Of a stretch of 64,000 nucleotides of DNA, positions 25,055-37,396 are shown one piece after another (within the stretch, counting starts at the first letter, position 1; every line of letters begins with the position of its first letter). Origin of the DNA: Flaccisagitta enflata (taxonomy: Eukaryota); assembly GCA_965153355.1 (NCBI GenBank), contig OZ231126.1, positions 13,826,001 through 13,890,000 of the forward strand. Direction: 5' to 3'. A program made the translations under genes and the position numbers. The notes under the pieces are model-generated. The model ran no database searches and was not told the DNA's origin. It was given only the letters and a program-made list of their open reading frames with translations.

Positions 25055-25544
25055 CGTGATGACGATGAAGATGATTGTGATGAATATGAATACTATGACG
25101 ATGATTGTGATGAGTCATCGCTGACGATGATGATGATGGTGATAATGATGATAAGAGTGATGATGATGACGCTGACGATGGTGATGAAGATGACGATGAT
25201 GACGATGATGACCACGATTTTCCTCAGGTTGGGGTCTGGTCAAGCCTCCGAATGAGCACCCAGACACTCTCCAGAAGCTCCGAGGCCAGATCTGGTCCGA
25301 TGCGGCTTTGAAGTCCCGTTGGCCTCGACGCATTTGGCCGGGAATGATTGGCTTCGGCACGGACCGCAGTTCGGCCTGTATGGGAGACTCGGGCGGTCCG
25401 TTGGTCTGTCCGTCCAAATCGAGCCCCGGCCGATTTGACGTCGTTGGAATTGTGTCTTGGGGATCGAGTGGATGTGAAAATCGACCCGCGGTCTTCACGG
25501 AAGTCAGTCACTTTTTCGATTGGATCCAAGAACATATGGCATGA
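15802..25544 (+). CDS. Secreted chymotrypsin-like serine protease (peptidase S1A), 4 coding exons: 15802-15985, 16754-16879, 24607-24786, 25228-25544; 268 aa
   Basis: Hydrophobic signal peptide, then SCG..R|IVNG activation site, FPWQISL, HICGG, AAHC (His57), DIALL (Asp102), [15 protein letters not shown] (Ser195) and VSWG. All three introns are GT-AG and phase 1. The exons sum to 807 nt in one open frame. Confidence 0.95.
16113..16502. mobile_element. Foldback MITE in protease intron 1
   Basis: TA|CAGACAGACCA...TGGTCCGTCTG|TA; imperfect inverted arms of ~165 bp, including AAATGGCGCCACCGTGGCGATTTTTGA and its reverse complement. Confidence 0.85.
16754..16879 (+). CDS. Serine protease exon 2 (catalytic His)
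   Basis: CAG| acceptor; [15 protein letters not shown]...VRVGDWHL; donor G|GTGAC. Confidence 0.92.
17284..17926. mobile_element. AT-rich MITE in intron 2
   Basis: TA|ACGGGTGGTCAAAAAAAAAGTGA ... TCACTTTTTTTTTGACCACCCGT|TA. Confidence 0.8.
18380..21240. repeat. 46-bp satellite with two alternating monomer types (~60 copies)
   Basis: A: AATATGGGTAATGTTTTTCAGTTCTTCCCTTGTCTTTCCCTATATC; B: AATATGGCTTTTGTTTCTCTGTTCTTCCCTTGTCTTTCCCTATATG. Confidence 0.92.
21743..22175. mobile_element. Small TIR element nested in the Transib-like element
   Basis: TA|TTACTGGTCCATTTCAGG ... CCTGTCAAATGGACCGGTAA|TA. Confidence 0.65.
22448..24340. mobile_element. Non-autonomous TIR element with TAG..CTA ends and 9-bp TSD, nested in a HINE-like copy
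   Basis: TIRs TAGGGTAGGTCAATATGCGT / ACGCAATATGACCTTCCCTA; TSD ACGTCGCAC at 22439-22447 and 24341-24349. The split host element is seen uninterrupted at ~40031-40148. Confidence 0.88.
23082..23880. repeat. Compound (GAAA)n/(GACA-GACG-GAAA) microsatellite
   Basis: Direct reading; lies inside the 22448-24340 element. Confidence 0.95.
24607..24786 (+). CDS. Serine protease exon 3 (catalytic Asp)
   Basis: CAG| acceptor; [26 protein letters not shown]; donor G|GTAAT. Confidence 0.92.
24872..25211. repeat. (GAT)n microsatellite filling most of protease intron 3
   Basis: Direct reading. Confidence 0.95.
25228..25544 (+). CDS. Serine protease exon 4 (catalytic Ser, stop)
   Basis: TTTTCCTCAG| acceptor; [39 protein letters not shown]. 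Confidence 0.93.
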
Positions 25545-25813
25545 ACCGTGATATATCACAATATGGAATATGTATGTTCATGTTTCAATTGATTTTTTTT
25601 CTGGGTTGTTTGACAGTTTATCATAAATGATGAGAACAATATTGTCTTGTTCAATAATACAATTTTTTTTGTAGCTCGCAAAAGTGGTTTCTCATTATTG
25701 ATCTTTCCCCGAGTTCTGTAAAAATATATGGAGAATTTTTTTTACGATACAGCGATGATTTTTTACCGCATGTACATTTTGTTTTTTAGCATGAAGATAA
25801 ATGACTAAGATAA

Positions 25814-25839
25814 GTAGATAGATAGATAGATAGATAGAC

Positions 25840-25875
<36 letters not shown>

Positions 25876-25884
25876 GGATAGATA
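25814..25884. repeat. (GATA)n microsatellite
   Basis: Direct reading. Confidence 0.9.
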
Positions 25885-26025
25885 CTTTTTTCTCAATATT
25901 GTGTGCTTGTTAAAGTTGGCAACTGTGCACAAGTTCGGTTCAGTGCGAGGAGGTCTTTGTCGATACTTGGTATGTAAAAACAGCTGTTGCAGCTCATGAA
26001 GAAATGGTAAATCAAACTGTCACGT

Positions 26026-26539
26026 TCGGGTGTGTCAATATGCAAAAGGTCTTCTGATCAGCTCATCATCCTCAGGGAGTATAAAGATAATAATTAAAAA
26101 ACACTTACTATTTCTCTTTTTTTTTTTCAATTTCAATCATCTTCCGTTTTTTAGCCATGTAAAGATTGTCAAAAATATATACACTTTTAGCGACTGCACC
26201 TAGTTTTGTTTAAAATGAGACTGATATATCATTTAAAAGATTTTATTTTTTCTATGACTAAGTCTTCTTATATAAAAGTAGAAGATTTTCACTAATTCTT
26301 TATAGTATAAGGAAAAAAAACCAACAGGTTTTGATTTTTTTATTTGTCATCAATAATCCAGATGTAAAACCAGCTGCAATACAATATACAAATTAGCAGC
26401 TGAATGGGGATTAAGAAAAAAACGGAAGACAAATAAAATTTGAAAAAAGAAAAAGGGTATGTGTCTTAGAATTAATATTTTAACAATCCCTGATGATGAT
26501 GATCTGATCAAAAAACCTTTTGCATATTGACACACCCGA
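26026..26539. mobile_element. MITE with 9-bp TSD (copy 2, inverted relative to 1727-2233)
   Basis: Same TIRs; TSD CTGTCACGT at 26017-26025 and 26540-26548; internal sequence homologous to copy 1 on the opposite strand. Confidence 0.88.
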
Positions 26540-27312
26540 CTGTCACGTACTCACGTGCGCTCATGTCGCGAACTGTCACGTACTATGAGAGTTTGAAACT
26601 GTATCTTACTTACGTAGTACGTAAGTTACGTAAGTTACGTAAGTTACGTAAGTTACGCAAGTTACATACTCTCATGTACACTGTTCCAAACTGCAACTGT
26701 GAAACAAATTGACTCACCCAGTCCCTACCCGATGTCCATGTTCTGTCTGCCTCCGCATGTTCGCCGAGTTGCCGAGAATTGACTTTCTTTTTTTCTTCCT
26801 TCCCTTTGCAGGTGCGTCTCAATTATTCTACAAGATCGGCTCCGAGTATCATGCATTGGATCGAGTCTCAACTTCTTCTCATGGAGACGCTTTTGAACCT
26901 CCGCTTTGCCACGGCTTCAACTGTGATTGGATACCTCAAGATCAAATCTTGGGATGGGATGGAATATTTTATGTAATGTTAGGATGAGACACTGTAACCT
27001 TCTTGTAACAATGCCCTTGTACTTCCGCTTTGCCACGGATTCAACTGTGATTTGATACCTCAAGATCAAAACACTTTCCTTCCCTCTACTTCAATTTAGT
27101 TTTTAAAGTCATAGACAATTCTTTTGAAGATAAGAGAACAAGAATCAGTGATGTGTCGGACCATATTGTGATGCCTTCTACAAAATCCGTCCGTCACGCT
27201 TGATTGAAAAGTGAAAAAAACGCACATTTCAGATGCCGATTGTGGTTATGTGTGTGCAGTGTGTGGTGTGGGTAGTATGGTATGGAGGTTGTACGCGCCT
27301 ACGTTGGCGTTG

Positions 27313-27413
<101 letters not shown>

Positions 27414-28021
27414 GGAGAGATTTAAATTGTCTCCAGCTGTAGTACAATGGGGTTTTATGGGATCAATCTACAAAGCCTTTTCATCCCTTTGGCCATTCAT
27501 GTAGTTAGGTTGATGCCCTCGACCTTCTTTATCAACCAAATTGATCTGTATCATTTCTCATTTCTCATTTCCAAGTTTTTATAAAAAATGAAAATTTTTT
27601 TTTAAAAATTAATGATGTAAAAAGATTCCGCTTTACCCCTAAGAGGCGAAAAGTACAATGCTCCAAACGTAACAAAGTTGTTGACAATAACTATGCTTCA
27701 CGTTACAAAATATCATCCATGGACTTGTTTATGCTTTAACTAGTAGACATTTTACTCTAGCAAAGCAAGACTTCCCTTATTTGATAACACAATAGTTGCA
27801 TTAAAAAGCATAACTAATTAGTAACGTTAGTTGCTCACTTAGCTACATAGGTAATAGAAAAATCATTGGGACACAAAACTCATTGGGACACAGATTTTGG
27901 CTTGCTGCTCCAATGATTTGGGCTCAAATATGCTCCTGCGTGTTACTTATTAATTTTGAAAAACATTTGATACCGTTCAATAACGTATTATACCATTAGT
28001 AGCTACTGTCGCGCGCATTAT

Positions 28022-28522
28022 CAGTCAGTCCTAATTCCGCATTCATCCATATGACCATATCTCGTCATATTACGAGATAAAGCAACTTAGTTTATCTGGG
28101 CATATTTCGATATATCGAAATATGACTCTCATTTTTCCCTTTTTGTTCGGCCACTCAAAAGAAAGTAGCAAAGCGATTGTCAAGCTCTGATCTTATTTTC
28201 TACCCAATACTCATATAATCGGTGAGATTAGAAATAATGAAGGATGAACAAGATCAAATGATATGATTGAATGGAGCAGCATCCATATATCAATTTCTCC
28301 TAAAATTTAAGTGGCGAAGTCAGTAGAAAATCATTGAAGACCGTAAACAAGACAAACGGCTATGGAATTCAATCAGATTTTACAAAAGACACAACAGAGA
28401 AAATCAAACTTTTGTAAGTCATATTTCGATATATCGAAATATGCCCGGTTGGAAAAAGTTTTGGTTTGCCGAAATATGTTGAGATACGATCATATGGATG
28501 AATGCGGATTTGGGACTGACTG
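28022..28522. mobile_element. MITE with CAGTC..GACTG ends and TTAT TSD
   Basis: TTAT|CAGTCAGTCCTAATTCCGCATTCATCCATATGA ... TCATATGGATGAATGCGGATTTGGGACTGACTG|TTAT; each ~105-bp arm contains the perfect palindrome CATATTTCGATATATCGAAATATG. Confidence 0.88.
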
Positions 28523-29076
28523 TTATGTTGCCGCAAGATTTGCACTCATCAGTCATCATTTATCATCTCGGTTAATTACTACCGGTTTTTTACCGGAGAT
28601 TTTTTTTCTTTAATTGCAAGTTAGGGAATTGGTCATAGCCCATAGGGTAAAATATACAAATGAAAATATTTTTTGTGCGACAGGGTTGAATGCCCTAAAA
28701 ATCATTTATCTGGGGTGAACAGACGACTTACAGTCATTGACATATGGCCTAATAAATAGGTGAGATATGTCTGGTTATAGACTTATAGTCGTGCCATCAT
28801 ATGGTGACTAACACGCGTTGACACTTGCTGACAACCCAACGTCAGTCTTATATATAACAGATTGGTTAACAACCTTTTCCGAGTTTGCTGTTTTACAAAA
28901 TATGCGCGATGAATTAATTTGGATGCGGCAAAAAAATTTCAAATAGTGATTTGCGGAGACGGTTGTTTTTCTATTTCAGCTACTTTGATTTTTCATTTCA
29001 AATCTTAGATGATTTTTTTAGTCGCGTGCTACGCGACTGTATAACCCACTTTTCGGTCCGTCGGTCACAAAACTGT

Positions 29077-29420
29077 TTCAATTCAATTCAAACAGTTTAT
29101 TTCCCAACATGAACAGTGGTTAAGATTGATGAGTACAACGTTTTGTCGGGGAGGACTATGACTAAGCCACCAATGTCTAGGTCTAATTACGTTACAATTT
29201 TTCTTTTCCAAATTACCGACGGGCTTGCTCTGGCTAGCCCTCATATTACAAAATTTTCAATAATTGGTATTCTTTAAAAAAAAAGAAAATACAATCAATA
29301 TACATAACAAAAACGTACAAATACGTTAGATTAAAGCACTAACAAGAAAAAGTCGAATAAATATTTATACAAGGATGGTATATGTTACCATGTAACATTA
29401 AAAAGTAATAAATACTAGGT
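29077..29420 (-). mobile_element. Possible 3' end of a non-LTR retroelement
   Basis: The minus strand ends AATAAACTGTTTGAATTGAATTGAA (polyA signal plus a short tandem tail) and abuts a truncated HINE-like copy. Confidence 0.35.
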
Positions 29421-31280
29421 TACGAGTATTGGAGATTCAGAAGAGAGTTGGTTGTTGGTTGTGGGATGTTGGTAATTGGATGTTACTTTTCTTTGAGTTT
29501 GTGGTGAAGCGATGTCAGAGCCAGGTGTTCCTGAGGAGGAAAGATGGAAAAAGACCAGAAAAAGCACCCACAAGAAGATCCCCTACTTCAAGGGGGGGCA
29601 ACAGTGCGCAGTAGTTATATACGATATGGTTTGATAAGTCTCAATTCAGTTACGCAGCTTTCTAGACAATCCATCTTGCCAATAGAGATTATAATTGCAA
29701 AATCAGCAAAGGAATAAAATCATAATGAGGATAGACACAGATACCAATTAATATTTGAGTCACATGAAGATCAACAACACACTTTTCTGTTACTGTACCG
29801 TTTAAATGATGAGCTGCTAGGGACGCTGTTTGAAAAAAACAAACAGGTATAGCAGGGAATAGTCCGTCCTATTCAGGACACCCACTTGAGTTTACTTTTA
29901 CTTGGACAAATTGAGTTTCATAATATGACAAGAGGGCTTATAGTTTGACAGGACATGGCCCGTGAGGACCAGGAACTGTCGGGGTGCCATCAGGATGCAA
30001 GCATCCAGATAGCTAGAATATCAGAAGATGTCAGTTTTAACGAGCTTATTGTGAGTAGGAATTAGAAAGAAAAAAAATTTTGGCCTATTTATACCTAACA
30101 AAACCTAGCCTAGCAAGACCCTAACCTAACCTAACCAAAAACCTGACTAAGTGGGCTTATGTTTAAGTAGTGTTAAGCATGGTGTTTTCTATCTTTGCAT
30201 CTAGGATTATTACAATCAGTTTTATGATCATATCTATTGAGAATCGCTTTTTTTATTTTCCTCTTAAAGAGTGGCTTTTGTGGTAATGAGCTCCCCTATA
30301 TTTCCAAGTCTAGACGACATCTACTGTACTTAGTTGTTTTTTTGTCTTTTGTCAGTCATCTATTGAATGGAAATTATCCATTTATCCATCAAACCTCTTC
30401 TTATATATAAAATTTTTGACTTTTGTTCTTCTTTTTCATTTCTCTAGTTAAACGGCAGATGTCAGAGTTGAAAGCAGATTGAAGGAAAAGAACACTCAAC
30501 GCGACTCAGCGACAAGACCGGATACACGGCAACTTGAGTCGCGTAAGGGTGGACAGGGGCAGTGATCGTGATGTACGAGGTTTGGCAAGCACCTTGGCAG
30601 GAGCGACGACGCCAAAACACATCAAACAACAAAAACGGACCGACGGACGGACCAGCCGACGGACGGAAATTTTTTGAATTTTTTTGTTGCTTTTTTAAGC
30701 AACTCTTTAAGATAAGAGGGCGTGTTTGAAGGTCGGTCAGATGAAATATATTGGAGAATTCTGGCCTCCTTTTATAAGGGCAATGTTGTTTCAACTTTCA
30801 GAGGTAGATAACACAATGTTAGAGTTACCGCGAAATTGGCCAAAACAATAGTTGGCCCCTGCCCACTCGTTAAACTGCCTCTGCCCAACCGCAAGCAACT
30901 AGCAACAAAGTATTTGTGTATCTGGCTTTACGATATGACGGCAAATTTTTGGTGGAAAACAAAGTGGTTCACCATATTTTTTGCATCAGTTTCTGAGCAA
31001 TAATGGTGCAAGAATGATTTTTAAAGATGAATTGTCTCAAAAAACACTTGGTGTTTACATTTCTATCACACTCTGATCTCAAAAGTTATTTTAACCATGC
31101 AATTCACAAGAGTAAAGCAAGAAAATCAAGGTTTTTAATGAAATTTTGCTTACATTTTTTGTTTGTTCTTGCCGTTGAAATTCTAAGACTTTCTAATGCA
31201 GGGAAATTTTGCATTTCCAAAAACATAGTTCTCTTTGTAATCGATTTTGGAGGAGAACTATGTTTTCTGTTTTTTCATTT

Positions 31281-31440
31281 TCAGTTGCGGGCACGCAACT
31301 CTATAAGAGGCTTTGTCCGTCCGTCGGTCGGTCGGTCGGTAGGTTGGTCGGTCCGTGGACACGAGTCGAAAAGTGGGAAAACGCACATATCCGCCCCTGC
31401 CCACCCGTCTGCAAGTGGTGGCCGTGTATCCGGCCTTGTT
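31281..31440 (+). mobile_element. HINE-like family A copy with a visible empty site
   Basis: The host repeat (~31045-31495) recurs at ~32957-33250 without the insert; the insertion lies in a T run with no TSD. Confidence 0.8.
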
Positions 31441-32227
31441 TCATTTTCTTTGCAAACTTAGAATTTCAACAAGCCCCCTGTCAGTAACCAAAAACCAAAA
31501 AATTTTCAGTAGTTTGCACTATATTTTCTTCATAAGGCTTAGCTTTATTTGGTCCTTTTCCATGTTTGAATGCAAATTATGCAGAATATGTCTAGTTAAT
31601 CTTAATTTGCATGAAAAATGAGCTCAGTTAACTAAATTCATCTATGGATTTGTATATGATACTTGTTCAGCTATAAAGGGATGTATAGTTTTATTGAATT
31701 TGAATTATCTGAATAATGGCTAATTCTAACCCTGCCCACTTGCCGTTTCTTGACATTTGCCTATTTCATTTATTCCGAGAACACAGACAGACTTTGTTCA
31801 TGGAAACCGACGAAAAGCCAACAACCCATTGGAAGACATAAAAGGGCGCTTTCATTCCAGAATACCAGAATACCAGACTACCAAGAAGGTCAGGAACGTT
31901 AATCGTCTAGTGATTAAAGGCCTTCGATGTTTTTCCTTTCTATTGAGTCCAATCTATGTCAGTAATTATCGGAAAATAAGTCAAAGTTAGTCTTCGACAT
32001 TTTGACATATTCGAGAGACATATGGACATGGTTATCATTTTCATATGCGAAAGTTGGGGAACTAGATTGACCGATTAGTCCTCCAGATGAAATTGATAAG
32101 GAAAGTATATTTGATTATTCTCTTTCACTTGGCGCCAAGCAGAATGCTCTACGACAAATATTTTTTGCATCATGATTTTTTAAAGATTTATTTACAAAAA
32201 ATTCAAATTGAATTTTTTTTTTATATA

Positions 32228-33866
32228 CAGTGGGAACTCGATTTATGACCCTGAAGGGACTGAGGATTTTTGATCGTTAAATCGGAATGTTGTTAAATCG
32301 AATTTCTTATTTTCTTCAATAACTTGATCTAAAAAGTTTCATAACAAGGCAATTCAGGCCAGCATCAGTGCCAAATCGATTCATATTGTCATCATCTCAC
32401 TTTTTCTGTCGTAAATTTTTAGCTAAATTCAGCCCCATTTCTGAGGTCAAATCCTTTTAATTTCTAGCTTGTATTTTGTAACAGGAATGTAGAAAATGTC
32501 TCAGCATTAATTTGCGCAAATACTAATACTATTCTCAAAGCAAGGGAGACTTAATTTTCAATGACTGATAAAGTTTGAGCCTTCTGACTGGGTACCACTT
32601 CTTTGTTATTGTCGTTTCAAAGAATTTACGACAGTTTTTCTCTGATGTTATTGAAGCCTTTGTATTAATGGCCGACAGACATGTTGACAAAAGGACAGAC
32701 AGAGCTTCAGAAAAATAGAAAAAGAGACATACACAAATTGACATACGAACAGATAAATGTTGCCTTACAAAGACTCACAATGTTATGCACAAATATAAGA
32801 TATCATAAATCATTTGTAGGATATGAAATAATACTGCAAAAGAAGTTAAGACGGCGATTTTTCGAAGGAAAATTAAGTGTTTCACCATACTTTTTGCATC
32901 ATTATCAGGACAATAATAAAGCTGGAATGCTTTTAGTATACAAATTGTCTCTAAAGACACTTGGTGTATACCTTATTATCATATTCTGACCAAAAAAGTA
33001 ATTTGAACTATGCGATTTACATGGAAACAAGCAGGAAAATGATGGTTTAGCAAATTTTTGCTTACACTTTTTTTTTATCTTCTATGGTCTAAATTCTAAA
33101 AAAGCCATACACAGGGAAATTTTGCATTTTGAAAAACATAGTTCTCTCTGTAATCGATTTGGGAAGAGAACTATGTTCTTTGTTTTTTCATTTTTTCATT
33201 TTCTATGCAAATTTAGAATTTAGACCAGCCCTCTGTCAGTGACCAAAAGTGAAAATAATAGAAATTTTCAATAAATTTTTTTTAGTAATATTGGCTAAAC
33301 TTGATTTTTCTTGCTAAATAAATGCAAATTTTTCTTTTAAATATCAAGTCTGAACTATCCGAATCACTATCATTCACTTGTGTTTCCATTTTTATTCATT
33401 CATAATTTCCATTTTCACCCTATTTGAAACACAAATGTTGCCTTCGGGGGGACGCTGTCTTAATTTGAATTAATATTTTCTGGATAAAAAACTTTAAAAA
33501 TAATATCTGACTTTTTTTTAGTTATATATTCTTCAGCTTTTATCTTAGTCACGTTTGATTTAAAAGTTTTAATTTATATCAAAAATTTTCAAATCAAATT
33601 TAGAAAATATCAAAGCTTGAATGAAAATTTAAAGTTAAAAAAAAATTATGACATTAGTTAAAATGTCAAAGTCATTAAATCAGGGAAAAAAACTTTAAGG
33701 GACCTGAAAATAGTGACTTTAAATCAGGTTTGGCTGTTATATCAGGTGTCGTTAAATCAGGTTAAATTAACATTGCAAAAGCCTGCAAAAATTTAGAACC
33801 ACAGAAACTTGGATGTTAAATCCGAAATGTCGTTAAATCAGGTGACGAAAAGGCGGTAGTCCACTG
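32228..33866. mobile_element. pogo/Tigger-like non-autonomous element with nested fragments
   Basis: TA|CAGTGG...CCACTG|TA; repeated GTTAAATC subterminal motifs near both ends. Confidence 0.6.
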
Positions 33867-34405
33867 TATCATGATTTTAATTAGGATCGATAAAGGAGTG
33901 TATATTTTTTTGGGCATCACGCATCCCATGAACAAACCCTAGGTGGTAAAAAAGGCAAGTTTTGTGAACCCCTAACCATATTGCACATCATATGAGGTAC
34001 CATTAGATCTAACAATCCCATTAGGGCAACGATGCATCCTCTTGTGATATCTGAGTTTAGGGAATTTAGGGGATATGACTACTTACTGATTGACGTTCAG
34101 TATGTATAATGAGCTACTATTCAATTGTAGCAAAAAGCGAATCCACAGATCTTGGTAAAGCTAAGAGATCAATGCTTTGATTAATTTTGCATACTGCAGT
34201 GCTAATTTTAGACATTAATCATAATGCTTTCAAGGATATGTTATGACCAAAATGTAAAGGCTGAAATATTTCTTTGTAAAATGAATAGGTAAATACACAC
34301 TGAGAGCAGTAGCATAACTTTCATTGGTTTTTGAAATTGAATACAAAAGGATTGATTTGAAAAAAATTGAATTCTGGAGGTGGGAGGGACGGTGGCAAGA
34401 TCCAC

Positions 34406-37380
34406 CCAGGCCGAGAGAGGCCGGGGCCGAAGGAGGGTCAGGCCGAGAGAGGCCGGGGCCGAAGGAGGGTCAGGCCGAGAGAGGCCGGGGCCGAAGGAGG
34501 GTCAGGCCGAGAGAGGCCGGGGCCGAAGGAGGGTCAGGCCGAGAGAGGCCGGGGCCGAAGGAGGGTCAGGCCGAGAGAGGCCGGGGCCGAAGGAGGGTCA
34601 GGCCGAGAGAGGCCGGGGCCGAAGGAGGGTCAGGCCGAGAGAGGCCGGGGCCGAAGGAGGGTCAGGCCGAGAGAGGCCGGGGCCGAAGGAGGGTCAGGCC
34701 GAGAGAGGCCGGGGCCGAAGGAGGGTCAGGCCGAGAGAGGCCGGGGCCGAAGGAGGGTCAGGCCGAGAGAGGCCGGGGCCGAATGAGGGTCAGGCCGGAG
34801 AGGCCGGGGGCGGCAGGAGGGTCAGGCCGCGGAGAGGCCGGGGCCCACGGAGGGTCAGGCCGAGAGAGGCCGGGGCCGAAGGAGGGTCAGGCCGAGAGAG
34901 GCCGGGGCCGAAGGAGGGTCAGGCCGAGAGAGGCCGGGGCCGAAGGAGGGTCAGGCCGAGAGAGGCCGGGGCCGAAGGAGGGTCAGGCCGAGAGAGGCCG
35001 GGGCCGAAGGAGGGTCAGGCCGAGAGAGGCCGAGGCCGAAGGAGGGTCAGGCCGAGAGAGGCCGGGGCCGAAGGAGGGTCAGGCCGAGAGAGGCCGGGGC
35101 CGAAGGAGGGTCAGGCCGAGAGAGGCCCGGGCCGAAGGAGGGTCAGGCCGAGAGAGGCCGGGGCCGAAGGAGGGTCAGGCCGAGAGAGGCCGGGGCCGAA
35201 GGAGGGTCAGGCCGAGAGAGGCCGGGGCCGAAGGAGGGTCAGGCCGAGAGAGGCCGGGGCCGAAGGAGGGTCAGGCCGAGAGAGGCCGGGGCCGAAGGAG
35301 GGTCAGGCCGAGAGAGGCCGGGGCCGAAGGAGGGTCAGGCCGAGAGAGGCCGGGGCCGAAGGAGGGTCAGGCCGAGAGAGGCCGGGGCCGAAGGAGGGTC
35401 AGGCCGAGAGAGGCCGGGGCCGAAGGAGGGTCAGGCCGAGAGAGGCCGGGGCCGAAGGAGGGTCAGGCCGAGAGAGGCCGGGGCCGAAGGAGGGTCAGGC
35501 CGAGAGAGGCCGGGGCCGAAGGAGGGTCAGGCCGAGAGAGGCCGGGGCCGAAGGAGGGTCAGGCCAGAGAGGCCGGGGCCGAGGAGGGTCAGGCCGAGAG
35601 AGGCTGGGGCGAAGGAGGGTCAGGCCGAGAGAGGCCGGGGCCAATGGAGGAGTCAGGCGAGAGAGGCTGGCCGAAGGAGGGTCAGGCCGAGAGAGGCCGG
35701 GGCCGGCGGAGGGTCAGGCCGAGAGAGGCCGGGGCCGAAGGAGTGTCAGGCCGAGAGAAGGAAGCCGAAGGAGGGTCAGGTTGAGAGAGGTCCGTGAGGG
35801 TCAGGCCGAGAGAGGCCGGGGCCGAAGGAGGGTCAGGCCGAGAGAGGCCGGGGCCGAAGGAGGGTCAGGGCGCGAGAGGCCGGGGCCGAAGGAGGGTCAG
35901 GCCGAGAGAGGCCGAGGCCGAAGGAGGGTCAGGCTGAGAGAGGTCGGTGGCCGAAGGAGTGGCTCAGGCTGAGAGGCCAAGGAGGGTCAGGCCGAGAGGC
36001 CGGGCCGAAGGAGGGTCAGGGCCGAAGAGGCCGTGGTCAAGGAGGCCCAGCCCACGAGGCCAGCCGAAGGAGGGTCAGGCGAGAGAGTGTCAAAATGGAT
36101 GGGTCAGGCTGAGAGTGCCGGGCCAAGGAGTGGTCAGGCCGAGAGAGGCCGGGGCCGAAGGAGGGTCATTGGAAGGAGAGAGGCCAGCCGGCTGAGTGGC
36201 TAGCCGAGAGAGTGTCGGGCCGAAGGAGGGTCAGGCCGAGAGAGGCTGGGGCCGAAGGAGGGTCAGGCCGAGAGAGGCCGGGGCCGAAGGAGGGTCAGGC
36301 CGAGAGAGGCCGGGGCCGAAGGAGGGTCAGGGCCAGAGAGGCCGGGCCGAAGGAGTGGTCAGGGCCGAGAGAGGCGGGGGGCCGAAGGAGGGTCAGGCCG
36401 AGAGAGGCTGGGGCCGAAGGAGGGTCAGGCCGAGAGAGGCCGGGGCCGAAGGAGGGTCAGGCCGAGAGAGGCCGGGGCCGAAGGAGGGTCAGGCCGAGAG
36501 AGGCCGGGGGCCGAAGGAGGCTCAGGCCGAGAGAGCCTGGGGCCGAAGGAGGGTCAGGCCGAGAGAGGCCGGGCCGCAGAGGCCTGCCGAGAGAGGCCGG
36601 GGCTGAAGGAGGGCTGAGGCCGAGAGAGGCCGGGGCCGAAGGATGGTCAGGCCGAGAGAGGCCGGGGCCGAAGGATGGTCAGGCCGAGAGAGGCCGGGGC
36701 CGAAGGAGGGTCAGCGAGAGAGGCCGGGTCAAGGAGTGGTCAGGCCGAGAGAGGCCGGGCCGATGGGTCAGGCCGAGAGAGGCCGGGGCCGAAGGAGGGT
36801 CAGGCCGACAGAGGCCGTGGCCGAAGGAGGGTCAGGCCGAGAGAGGCCTTGGCTGAAGGAGGTTCAGGCCGAGAGGGGCCGGGGCCGAAGGAGGGTCTGG
36901 CCGAGAGAGGCCGGGGCCGAAGGAGGGTCAGGACGAGAGAGGCCGGGGCCGAGTGAGGGTCAGGCCGAGAGAGGCCGGGGCCGAAGGAGGGTCAGGCCGA
37001 GAGAGGCCGGGGCCGAAGGAGGGTCAGGCCGAGAGAGGCCGGGGCCGAAGGAGGGTCAGGCCGAGAGAGGCCGGGGCCGAAGGAGGGTCAGGCCGAGAGA
37101 GGCCGGGGCCGAATGAGGGTCAGGCCGAGAGAGGCCGGGGCCGAAGGAGGGTCAGGCCGAGAGAGGCCGGGGCCGAAGGAGGGTCAGGCCGAGAGAGGCC
37201 GGGGCCCAAGGAGGGTCAGGCCGAGAGAGGCCGGGGCCAAGGAGGGTCAGGCCGAGAGAGGCTTAAATGTGGCGGAGGCCAGGCCGAGAGAGGCCCGGGC
37301 CGTGGCTGAGGCCAGGCCGAGAGAGGCTGGGGTCGAAGGGGAGGGTCAGGGCCGAGAGAGGTCAAGCTGAAGGAGGGTCA
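34406..37380. repeat. GC-rich 32-bp minisatellite (~90 copies)
   Basis: Unit GGCCGAGAGAGGCCGGGGCCGAAGGAGGGTCA. Confidence 0.97.
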
Positions 37381-37396
37381 GAACAGAGAGGGGAAG

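Noticed and set aside
30092-30146. Telomere-like (CCTAA)n
   Set aside because: Only about three perfect units, interstitial; too short to infer a telomere or the taxon.
31757-31990. Possible small exon (DFVHGNRRKANNPLEDIKGRF..)
   Set aside because: Weak splice signals and no partner exons or recognisable domain.
34324-37370. Long ORFs (486 and 530 aa) rich in R/G/E/P
   Set aside because: These are translations of a stop-free 32-bp repeat that is open in all three frames; there is no sign of coding selection.
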